Shown: one piece after another, positions 51,210 to 58,955 of the stretch
Layout of the letters: each line of letters starts with the position of its first letter
Numbering within the stretch: position 1 is the stretch's first letter
From: Candidatus Latescibacterota bacterium
Lineage (GTDB): Bacteria; Latescibacterota; UBA2968; GCA-2709665
Direction of reading: 5' to 3'
Assembly: GCA_965248435.1 (NCBI GenBank)
Contig: OZ252100.1
Span: 4,896,001 to 4,960,000, forward strand
Length of the DNA stretch: 64,000 bases
The notes under the pieces: model-generated
Told to the model about the DNA's origin: nothing
Seen by the model: only the letters and a program-made list of their open reading frames with translations
Database searches by the model: none
Position numbers and translations under genes: made by a program

Positions 51210-51872
51210 TTACTCCTCGAAGGGAAAGTAGTCGAGGACGTCGTACTCCCACACATTGGTGGGAAAGATTACGACCAGTTCGGCCAAGTCCTCGCCCAAG
51301 TTCTTGAATGAGTGGGGGACCATAGGAGGAATATTGACGATATAGGGGGCTTCCAATGTGAACACCGAATCGCCCAGCGCGTAAAGGATGGTCCCCTCCA
51401 ACAGGACGTGCGCTTCTTCCCCTACGTGCGTGTGCATCGGAGGTGCACCTCCGGGGGCCGTATAGGTGATGCCCACGGTCAGGTTCTGATAGCCGTGCCG
51501 CTGCCCTTCCATGACGTGCACATATTCGCCCGGCCCTGGGTTGATGACGACGAGTTCTTTCTTCTCAAGAGCAAACTCGCCCACCAATGTCATAGCCGGG
51601 GACTTGAAGTCACCGGGGATCCTGCGGGTTTCGATAATGCCGTGGGGGTGATGTTGTGCATGCAACTGCTTTCTCGCTTCATCAATCGAGCTGATTAGTT
51701 CTCCGTGTGTGATCGTCTGTCCTAGCTTGGCGTCCTCGGGTGAATACGTAACAGTCGGTTCCGGTGGCAGCGTGGAGGATTTATCTTTCGCGTCGGACGG
51801 CTCTAAGTAAGCCAAGCCAACGATGCCTATGAGGATGAAGCTAACGACAATACGTGGTGTATACCTGTGCAT
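51210..51872 (-). CDS. Exported cupin-domain protein (cassette gene)
   Basis: N-terminal hydrophobic segment; PPMHTH..EE.H, PP.VPHSF.N; RBS ggaggg. Confidence 0.8.
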   Translation of the reverse strand: MHRYTPRIVVSFILIGIVGLAYLEPSDAKDKSSTLPPEPTVTYSPEDAKLGQTITHGELISSIDEARKQLHAQHHPHGIIETRRIPGDFKSPAMTLVGEFALEKKELVVINPGPGEYVHVMEGQRHGYQNLTVGITYTAPGGAPPMHTHVGEEAHVLLEGTILYALGDSVFTLEAPYIVNIPPMVPHSFKNLGEDLAELVVIFPTNVWEYDVLDYFPFEE

Positions 51873-51923
51873 GGTACCCTCCCTTTAGGGTATGGTGAAA
51901 GCACGGTCCTGGACCGCAATGGC

Positions 51924-52009
51924 AGGTAACGTTCTCGGCACCCACGAACCCGCGCAGCGGGTTGGGCGGAAGCCCGAATGGGCTGAAGCCGTGGGTGCTC
52001 GTGTTAGCG
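51924..52009 (-). repeat. attC-like cassette site (non-canonical)
   Basis: aac..gcacccacg-[two hairpins]-cgtgggtgc..gtt. Confidence 0.8.
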
Positions 52010-52041
52010 GATGTCGCCGACGGAGCTGGCCTGGGAGGCTA

Positions 52042-52947
52042 TTAGAGTTTCGGCATAGGCCATTCGGCGATTGGCCTTCCCGACCAGGTTGACCGACTGA
52101 AGAATCGTCCACCCGCACGGTTGATGGAGCCGAACCACGCCTGGATCGCAATTCCCCAGAAATGCTCAAAGGATCTATCCTTCAGATTCAGATCAGCACG
52201 GTCGTAATGCGACAGGACCTCATCTACGAACACCTCGCCGTACACCCAGAAACCATAGAAGTCCTTGGCCGGGTCAGTGATTTCGATGTCGCCCCAGTCT
52301 ATGATCCCGGTCAGCTTTCCTGAAGAAGGATCGTGGTAGATGTGCTTGTACCATAGATCATTGTGAGCCAGCACTGGTACGAATGCGTGATCAATGCTCT
52401 CACTTCTTTCGATCCAGGAACCGAAGACATCCCGAACCTCTGGCTCAAGTTCGTCGGCCCGATCTGCGAAGACCTTCTTGGCCTCCGACCGGTAAAACAG
52501 GGACCTGTCGCCATCCACCACACCAACACTCCGAGCCTCCGAGACTGGATAACTGTGAAGTTCGTTGAGGAAGACGCCAAGCCTGCTTGCCGCTTCTGCC
52601 CTCCTGAATCTTGGTAGCCTGGAGAATCGCCAAGGTGAGAGCCGCGTTCCTTGAATTGCCTTATATCCAGCGAAATCCGACGCGCTGGGAATAAAGGTGT
52701 AATCCGGAACTGGGATGCTATTAATCTCACGCCTGATGGCGCTGAGCACCGTCCGCTCCCGCGGAAGGCTCAGCCCTGTGTCCGCTACATCATTCAGAAA
52801 ACGAAAGGCAATCCCGTTGTCTAGCAGGATCATTACATGATCAGGGTATTTGTGGGTCTGAGCTCTCCGGTATTTTGACCACCTGAGTTTGGGGAACGAG
52901 TCCTTGATCCTCTGCAGATAGTAGTTTGTATCGTAGGGAGTCGTCAC
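52042..52947 (-). CDS. APH-like phosphotransferase (cassette gene)
   Basis: HNDLWYKHI, GIIDWGD, DPAKDF; GTG after ggag. Confidence 0.85.
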   Translation of the reverse strand: MTTPYDTNYYLQRIKDSFPKLRWSKYRRAQTHKYPDHVMILLDNGIAFRFLNDVADTGLSLPRERTVLSAIRREINSIPVPDYTFIPSASDFAGYKAIQGTRLSPWRFSRLPRFRRAEAASRLGVFLNELHSYPVSEARSVGVVDGDRSLFYRSEAKKVFADRADELEPEVRDVFGSWIERSESIDHAFVPVLAHNDLWYKHIYHDPSSGKLTGIIDWGDIEITDPAKDFYGFWVYGEVFVDEVLSHYDRADLNLKDRSFEHFWGIAIQAWFGSINRAGGRFFSRSTWSGRPIAEWPMPKL

Positions 52948-52994
52948 GAGATCTCCAGGATCAAAGTGGACCCTAACACAAAGGCGGCGATTTC

Positions 52995-53079
52995 CGCTAA
53001 CGTTCTCGGCACCCACGAACCCGCCGCAGGGGGTTGGGCGAAGGCCGGATGGCCTGAGCCGTGCACGGTCGTGTTAGAG
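52995..53079 (-). repeat. attC-like cassette site (non-canonical)
   Basis: Shares taacgttctcggcacccacgaacccgc with the 51924 site; ends tcgtgttag. Confidence 0.8.
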
Positions 53080-53125
53080 GCCGTGCGGCCCGGGGCAGGA
53101 AGGGGTTCTCAAGACCTGATCAAGA

Positions 53126-54574
53126 TTAAACCGACTCCGGACCAATCTCTATGGGCAAGCTAATCGTTACTGTCGTACCTTTTCCTACCTCGCTCTCCAT
53201 CTTGATCCTCCCCTTGTGATCCTGGATAATCCTGTAGTCCGTAGACAATCCTAAACCCATTTTCACCCGAAGATCGGTGGCCTGAAAATCAACATCGAAG
53301 ATGCGTTCTAACTGCTCCGGTGGAATTCCCACGCCCGTGTCGCTGATCCGGACACAGACCTTGTCGTCCTCCTCAAAGGTGCTGACTCTTATTTCCCCAG
53401 TTTCCTCGATAGCCTGGAGCGCGTTCTTGAGCAGGTGCATGAAGACCTGGTTCAGTTGTCCGGGAGAACAGTAGATCGGCGGGATGTTCCCGTATTTCTT
53501 GACCACGGTGATGTTTTCGCCTATCCGGTTTTGTAGCAGCGTCAGGGCGCTGTCGATCCCCGCGTGAAGGTCTACCACCTGGAACTCGGCTTCGTCCAGT
53601 CGTGCGAAATTTCGCAGACTGCCCACAATGCTGCTCAACCGTTCGGCACCGCTTGCCATCACCCGGTTGGCATCGGCTATTGCCTTGAACACCGATTGAA
53701 TGGTCCGATTATCTTTATACTCTCCGGGAAAGGTCATCTCCAGCGTTTGTTTCAGTTTACCTATAGCCCGTACCTGAGTATCGTGCATACTCGTAATAGC
53801 GCCAAGAGGCGTATTCATCTCGTGAGCCACACCGGCTATCAGACTACCCAGAGAGGCCATTTTCTCCTGCATGATAAGCTGACTCTGTGTCTCTTTGAGC
53901 TGATGCAGGGCATCTTCCAGGGCTCGGTTCTGTTCTTCCAGATACTGGAAATCGAGGGTTCGGAGATACGCCAGCGACAGCGCGTCGGTCCATTCCTCTA
54001 TTTTGATCAAGTGTTCTGGATCGGTTCCCCGGTGGCGAATCCCGATCCAACCGTACTCAAACGGCACGTTGGTAATAACCCATCCTTCACTCCCAAAAAA
54101 CGGCAGTTGTCGGTCGAAGCCCATCAGCTCGTGAAAAGGCTGCATTTCCGCTTTGTCCTCCTCCGAACTCCGCGCAATAGACCAGACCTTGCCCTCGCGC
54201 CACTGACCCAGATCCTCCTCCCAATCAGCCGTAATGGGGACTTCCAATGCCGAAACGGTGGTTGTTTCGTCGATCTCCTTGAGTTCGGGAGAGGTCCACG
54301 AGATGCCATATTGCCGGGGATTTTCCAGGGCGGCGTACCACAGAATGCGGCCTTTGTCCTCGTCGACGAAGAAAAAGCCACACCCTGGTGCCTCTATATC
54401 CAGCCGCGAAAGCTCCTTGAACATCACCAGGATCACCTGGAGAAGGTCCTCCCTGGAACGCATGGACAGCACTTCGACCCGTATGCGTTCGATTGTTTTC
54501 TCCTGGGCTCGTTGTTGCCTAAGTTCGGCTAGTTCAATCCGGAGTTGCTCTTTGGACATCTCCATGTCTCTCAT
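53126..54574 (-). CDS. Orphan sensor histidine kinase with a GAF-like N-terminus (cassette gene)
   Basis: EKMASLG..AGVAHEMNTP, QVF..LL.NA, DTGVGI, GLGL, G.GT. Confidence 0.92.
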   Translation of the reverse strand: MRDMEMSKEQLRIELAELRQQRAQEKTIERIRVEVLSMRSREDLLQVILVMFKELSRLDIEAPGCGFFFVDEDKGRILWYAALENPRQYGISWTSPELKEIDETTTVSALEVPITADWEEDLGQWREGKVWSIARSSEEDKAEMQPFHELMGFDRQLPFFGSEGWVITNVPFEYGWIGIRHRGTDPEHLIKIEEWTDALSLAYLRTLDFQYLEEQNRALEDALHQLKETQSQLIMQEKMASLGSLIAGVAHEMNTPLGAITSMHDTQVRAIGKLKQTLEMTFPGEYKDNRTIQSVFKAIADANRVMASGAERLSSIVGSLRNFARLDEAEFQVVDLHAGIDSALTLLQNRIGENITVVKKYGNIPPIYCSPGQLNQVFMHLLKNALQAIEETGEIRVSTFEEDDKVCVRISDTGVGIPPEQLERIFDVDFQATDLRVKMGLGLSTDYRIIQDHKGRIKMESEVGKGTTVTISLPIEIGPESV

Positions 54575-54604
54575 GCTAAACAACCTTGTTTTGGGCCGGA
54601 TGGC

Positions 54605-54692
54605 CTATAACGTTCCCGGCACCCACGAACCTGGCGAAGCCAGGTTGGGCGGAAGCCCGAATGGGCTGGAGCCGTGGGTGCTCGTGTTAACT
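54605..54692 (-). repeat. attC-like cassette site (non-canonical)
   Basis: Near copy of the 51924 site with a compensatory inner hairpin aacctggc/gccaggtt. Confidence 0.82.
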
Positions 54693-54713
54693 GCAGTTGC
54701 GCAGACCGCTTTG

Positions 54714-55634
54714 TCAGATCTTCGCGATAATGGAATCTAAGTAATCGTCGAATCGACAAAACAGGACTTCCTGACCTGGGTCTTTTATGCCGTATTCAGT
54801 CCAAGGAGGATAAAATCCTGGCTTCGGAATCGCCCAATCCAGAATAGAATCTATCTCCCAGAATGAGTGATACAGGTAATGTGGAGCAGCGACCTTGTGG
54901 TATTTCTCTCGGAAACTGCCTGCTATTTCGGGGCCGAACATCGTGGCAAGATTAATCTGACAATGAGCTACGTCCACGTTTGCGGGTCCCAGACAAGCGC
55001 CAACCCAATCGACGATCCCGGTCAGCTTTCCAGATACCCATAGGATGTTAACTGGATGGTAGTCGCGGTGGAGAAACACCTCGTCATAGGGAGGCGATTC
55101 TTCGAGTCTAATGTTGATTGCCTTCTCCCAAAGTTCAGATCGTTTCGACCAAGGTGGTACACAAAGTGTCTCGACTTCGGTATAGCTCTGGTAGTGCCAT
55201 CTTACACCATAAACCGCGATACTATGAATAGTCGCCAAGGTCTCCGCTAGTTGGTCGAGCCAATGGTCCAAATTGGCCGGCTTTATGTTCACAGTTCCAT
55301 CCAAACAGCTCATTAGAAGAGCGGGGTATCCGAAAACCGAAGTGTCTGCACTGTAATCGAGCAGATGAGGCGTTGGAAGGTCGGCAGAACTCAGCAATCG
55401 AAGCGCAGCCGCCTCCCGCACGATTGGATCTGGCTCCCTACCAAGCCGTTCCTCATCCACATAGAGACGTAATACATACCTTCTAGATTCACCTGCGACA
55501 TCTGCTTCCAGCAAGAAAACGGGTGAAGCGGGTCCGCAGATCAGTCTTTTGCTACTGGTCAATTTCGCGCTAGCGCCAATTGCTGAACTGATCCAGTCAG
55601 TAGCCGCACTATTGAGAATGAGTTCCGAACTCAC
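54714..55634 (-). CDS. APH-like phosphotransferase (cassette gene)
   Basis: REAAAL, HRDYHPVNIL, GIVDW, G.A.VD.AHC; ORF open to 55676. Confidence 0.87.
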   Translation of the reverse strand: MSSELILNSAATDWISSAIGASAKLTSSKRLICGPASPVFLLEADVAGESRRYVLRLYVDEERLGREPDPIVREAAALRLLSSADLPTPHLLDYSADTSVFGYPALLMSCLDGTVNIKPANLDHWLDQLAETLATIHSIAVYGVRWHYQSYTEVETLCVPPWSKRSELWEKAINIRLEESPPYDEVFLHRDYHPVNILWVSGKLTGIVDWVGACLGPANVDVAHCQINLATMFGPEIAGSFREKYHKVAAPHYLYHSFWEIDSILDWAIPKPGFYPPWTEYGIKDPGQEVLFCRFDDYLDSIIAKI

Positions 55635-55680
55635 AGCGACTCCAGAATCAAATAAGAAGGGGTTAGGGCTGCGCAATTGC

Positions 55681-55761
55681 AGTTAACGGTCTAGGCACTT
55701 GCGAACCCCGGAGGGGTTTGCCGAGGGCCGTCAGGCCCGAGCCGCAAGTGCCTTGTTAACT
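55681..55761 (-). repeat. attC-like cassette site (non-canonical)
   Basis: aac-N6-ggcacttgcg-[aacccc/ggggtt, gggcc/ggccc]-cgcaagtgcc-N2-gtt. Confidence 0.8.
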
Positions 55762-55778
55762 GCTGTTGCGCCCGGGTG

Positions 55779-56642
55779 TCAATAGAGCCTCTTCACCTCT
55801 TGGAGTCGAGTCAGCACATGTCTCTCGTAGGCCGTTTTCAGTCGCAATGAATCCCACGGTTTCCCCCGTCTCTTGATAGAGTCCACGACTACCGAGCCAA
55901 AACCGAATGCCATGTAGTAGGGGAGATCTGCGGCGTCTACGCCGAAGAACCTGAGATCTCTGAGCCGAGAAAATAGCCGAGACGCAGGCCAAATAGGATT
56001 GTGGAGCAGGACTCCCACTAGAATCTCCTTTGTGCCGAAAAAGGCTTGCTCAAAATCAATAAATCTGTGGATGGCCCCGTTTTTCAGGAACAGGTTCTCT
56101 GGATTCCAGTCCAGCTTGATCAGCAGGTCTTCTGAAATCTCAACCCTGGCCACCGAGTCGCAGATGTCCTGAAAAATCGGACCGCAATCTCCGACATCCT
56201 TTGCCAGACGAGATAGGTTGTCAATCAAGGTCCCGAGATTTTCCTCTGCCCCAATCCCTTCGTAGTATTCGCCTTTGAGTTCGAGAGTTGGCTCTGGCCC
56301 CCTGAACAGACTTATGAGTTCATCGACGTAGTTATCGGTCAACTCGAGTAGCTCATCAGAGGGAAGTGGGCTGATGTCGCTCATCCGATCTCCCTCTGCT
56401 CGTTCGATAACGATGTAGTCATTGACACTCAGATCAATGAGTTTGGGGATTAGCTTTGACTCTTTGTAATGAGACAAGAATCCTACTTCACGCCTGAATT
56501 TGCCTGCTCTTTCCCCGTTTCCGCTGTAAGTCTTCTTCACAGACTTTCCATCGGAGAGGAACTCGATTTGGCTCTTCCTGCCTTGAGGCGATTTATGCAC
56601 GGCAGATTCTCGCTTCTTTAGAGTCTTTCCCAATGGGCGCAA
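55779..56642 (-). CDS. Divergent APH/kinase-like protein (cassette gene)
   Basis: VKK, REV, PKLI, DWNPENL..IDFE kinase-fold motifs; start could be GTG 56600. Confidence 0.7.
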   Translation of the reverse strand: MRPLGKTLKKRESAVHKSPQGRKSQIEFLSDGKSVKKTYSGNGERAGKFRREVGFLSHYKESKLIPKLIDLSVNDYIVIERAEGDRMSDISPLPSDELLELTDNYVDELISLFRGPEPTLELKGEYYEGIGAEENLGTLIDNLSRLAKDVGDCGPIFQDICDSVARVEISEDLLIKLDWNPENLFLKNGAIHRFIDFEQAFFGTKEILVGVLLHNPIWPASRLFSRLRDLRFFGVDAADLPYYMAFGFGSVVVDSIKRRGKPWDSLRLKTAYERHVLTRLQEVKRLY

Positions 56643-56646
56643 TTGC

Positions 56647-56793
56647 AGTTAACGTTCTTCAGGTTTACGACGCCTGCTGTCCCGAAGGGCTGGCGCGGCA
56701 TTTGCGCTTCTCACCAAATGACGTGACAGAAGCAGGTGTGCCCCAAGGGCCAAGCGGAACGAAGTGGAGCGCAGCGTAAACCTGGTGTTAACA
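56647..56793 (-). repeat. Long attC-like cassette site (non-canonical)
   Basis: aac-N6-caggtttacg...cgtaaacctg-N2-gtt with a large branched interior. Confidence 0.75.
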
Positions 56794-56927
56794 GATGGCA
56801 CGCGCCGGGGTGGTTGTGGGGGCGGGCCAGGACGGCCCGCGTAGGGGTGCTTTTTCTGATTTTGACTCCAAGTTTTTAAATAAAGCGTGCTGTCATCAAC
56901 ATCGTTCTCTTTATGTTTTATCTTCCA

Positions 56928-56984
56928 ATTTAACGTGCCGATAAGCGGCGGCGATTAGCCGTCCGCTCCACTGGCTAGTTCGCC
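56928..56984 (-). repeat. Canonical-type short attC site
   Basis: Minus strand GGCGAAC-TAGCC-AGTGGAGC-GGACGGCTAATCGCCGCC-GCTTATC-GGCAC-GTTAAAT. Confidence 0.78.
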
Positions 56985-57037
56985 TCGACCTTCGTCCACC
57001 TGAAGAGCTGTCGACAGCTGACCCGTGTGCTCCGCCT

Positions 57038-58096
57038 TCACCACTGCACGCGGAGGCGCGTCCAACGGATGCCGCAGACGTCGTCCTCTACGCACCAATG
57101 AACGGCAAGCACGATGTTGTCCTCAAGCAAAAGGCCCATCGGATAGCCGAACTGAATGAGCCCGATCTGCTCCTGACTGCTGACGTCCTCGGTAAGCTCA
57201 AGCCTTGACCGACCGTCGAACAGGGTGCCTTCGAACTCAAGCGACCAGCACGCGCCCGACACTCGGACCAGGCACATCTGTACGCTCTGGTCACCGAAGC
57301 GTCTGTTGTACAGCACGAGATACCGATCGTCCCCGAGCCAGATCGGGGTCATTGTCTGACCCTGGATACCGGTAGGGTACGGTCCTTCCCAACTGCGGCC
57401 GCCGTCGGTCGATACGCTAAACGCGTTCCTCAGGTCAGTGTCTCCCGCGAAGTCCTGGACCCACGCAATGGCCAGCATTTGTCCCGGTTCCGTCTCGATC
57501 AGCTTCTGCTCCAGATACCCGATGCCGGTGCCGGGGTCCTGGAAGACAGTATACATGCTCGGCCAGGTCGCCCCCTGGTCGGACGATTCGTGCAGCACCA
57601 CGCGCTCCCCGTAACGCCCGTCGTATAATGTCGCGGCCGGAGCGAGCCAGCGTCCGTCAGCGGTGACGACAATCGGGTTCGAGATCTCATAGGGCCCCGC
57701 AATCTGAAAGGGAATAACTTCGGGAAAGGACCACGTATGGCCGCCGTCCGTCGAGCGGCACAGCACGGGTTCACAGACGCGACCCCGTCCGCCGTCCGCG
57801 ATGCTCAGCTTCTGGTCGCGCTGGCCGTACGCGAGGATCGTTCCGTCCGCGGTGCGGCTGAGGCGCAGATGGTTGGTCTTCACCGGGCTCTCGTCCCGCT
57901 TGAGGACGACGCCCAGGTACGACCAGATGAAGCCCCCATCGGCAGAACGGGCGCAGTGCGTGTCGCCTTGCGCGTGAGCTCCGCCGCCGCGACTGAACCC
58001 GCAGACGATGTCGCCGCTATCTAACCGTACTAAGGTGGGAAACGCTGAGTCGCCGCGGTCGATGTGGCCGGTACCGAGAATCTCGATAGTGGACAT
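57038..58096 (-). CDS. Asp-box (BNR) sialidase-like beta-propeller protein (nested cassette gene)
   Basis: SADGG.IW, STDGGHTW, SSDQGATW, STDGGRSW; RBS ggagg. Confidence 0.85.
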   Translation of the reverse strand: MSTIEILGTGHIDRGDSAFPTLVRLDSGDIVCGFSRGGGAHAQGDTHCARSADGGFIWSYLGVVLKRDESPVKTNHLRLSRTADGTILAYGQRDQKLSIADGGRGRVCEPVLCRSTDGGHTWSFPEVIPFQIAGPYEISNPIVVTADGRWLAPAATLYDGRYGERVVLHESSDQGATWPSMYTVFQDPGTGIGYLEQKLIETEPGQMLAIAWVQDFAGDTDLRNAFSVSTDGGRSWEGPYPTGIQGQTMTPIWLGDDRYLVLYNRRFGDQSVQMCLVRVSGACWSLEFEGTLFDGRSRLELTEDVSSQEQIGLIQFGYPMGLLLEDNIVLAVHWCVEDDVCGIRWTRLRVQW

Positions 58097-58209
58097 GGAA
58101 TCCTCCAGGCATCTGCGAACTATTTCCTATACGGAAAAATCGCCGAAGAAAGCTATCAATGGTTTTCTTGGCGGCCAGGACGGCCGCCGGTTGTGGTTTT
58201 GAATTTGAT

Positions 58210-58330
58210 GCGTGCTTTCTGTTAACTTCTGCATTCGCGCCCCATCGGCGCAAATACCACCCGATAGGGCAAATAATGCGCACTGCGCAGATCCTGCCAA
58301 TAATATAGATAATGCGCCTTATTTCGTGAA
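58210..58330 (-). other. Candidate attI-like primary recombination site
   Basis: Minus-strand GTTAACAG core with no closing arm; direct repeats ataatgcgc x2 and gcaaata x2 between the core and the integrase stop. Confidence 0.5.
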
Positions 58331-58352
58331 TGCTATTTATAGGAGACACCAA

Positions 58353-58601
58353 TTAACCGGAACCTGTCTCCCTCTCCATCGGGTCGTCCAGGGGATTCCT
58401 AATCTGGGCGAGGTCCCTCCGGGTCATGTGAGTATGGATTCCCGTCGTTTTTGAACTTTTGTGGCTCAGGAGCTCCTGGATGTATCGGAGGTCCGTGCCC
58501 CTTTCAAGAAGATGGGTCGCAAATGAGTGTCTGAGGGTGTGTACGGACACCGGCTTCTCAATACCGGCCCGTTTGTAAGCTTGGTCGAAGATTTTCTGCA
58601 C
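58353..58601 (-). pseudogene. Tyrosine recombinase C-terminal fragment, catalytically dead
   Basis: [38 protein letters not shown]; catalytic Tyr replaced by His; no N-terminus. Confidence 0.85.
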
Positions 58602-58955
58602 GGATTGGATCCATAAAAAAATACCGAATGCCTAAGCTCCCAGAGCCCGTGACATTCGGCTTATTTGTTGCCGGTCGAACGCCACAGGCTGCACTCATAG
58701 GCACCTACAAATTCCACGACCGCTACGGACTCCGATTCGGGTTCCGAAGTCACTACACGATGCGACCGGGGCCTTGCTCCTGAACCCGGATGGACGCATG
58801 TGGACAACTCAGAACTTGCAGACGGCGGCAGATTTTGTAACTTTGGAGCGAAGCCGCGCACGGAGGAAGAAGAGATGACGAAGGGGAAGAGGGCGCGGAT
58901 CGCGGTCAAAAATAGATAGAAAACGGAATAATCCCTTACTTAGAGGAGAACTGAC

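Noticed and set aside
52042-55634. Calling the APH-like genes antibiotic resistance genes
   Set aside because: Only family-level motifs are visible, and the family includes many non-antibiotic kinases.
51924-56793. Repeated 81-147 bp units as a CRISPR array
   Set aside because: The intervals are whole genes of about 0.9-1.5 kb, the repeats are long and variable, and no cas genes are present.
58741-58815. SRP (4.5S) or 6S RNA
   Set aside because: Lacks the TCAGG..GGAAG..AGCAG SRP motif and has no convincing 6S central bubble; kept only as an unassigned structure.
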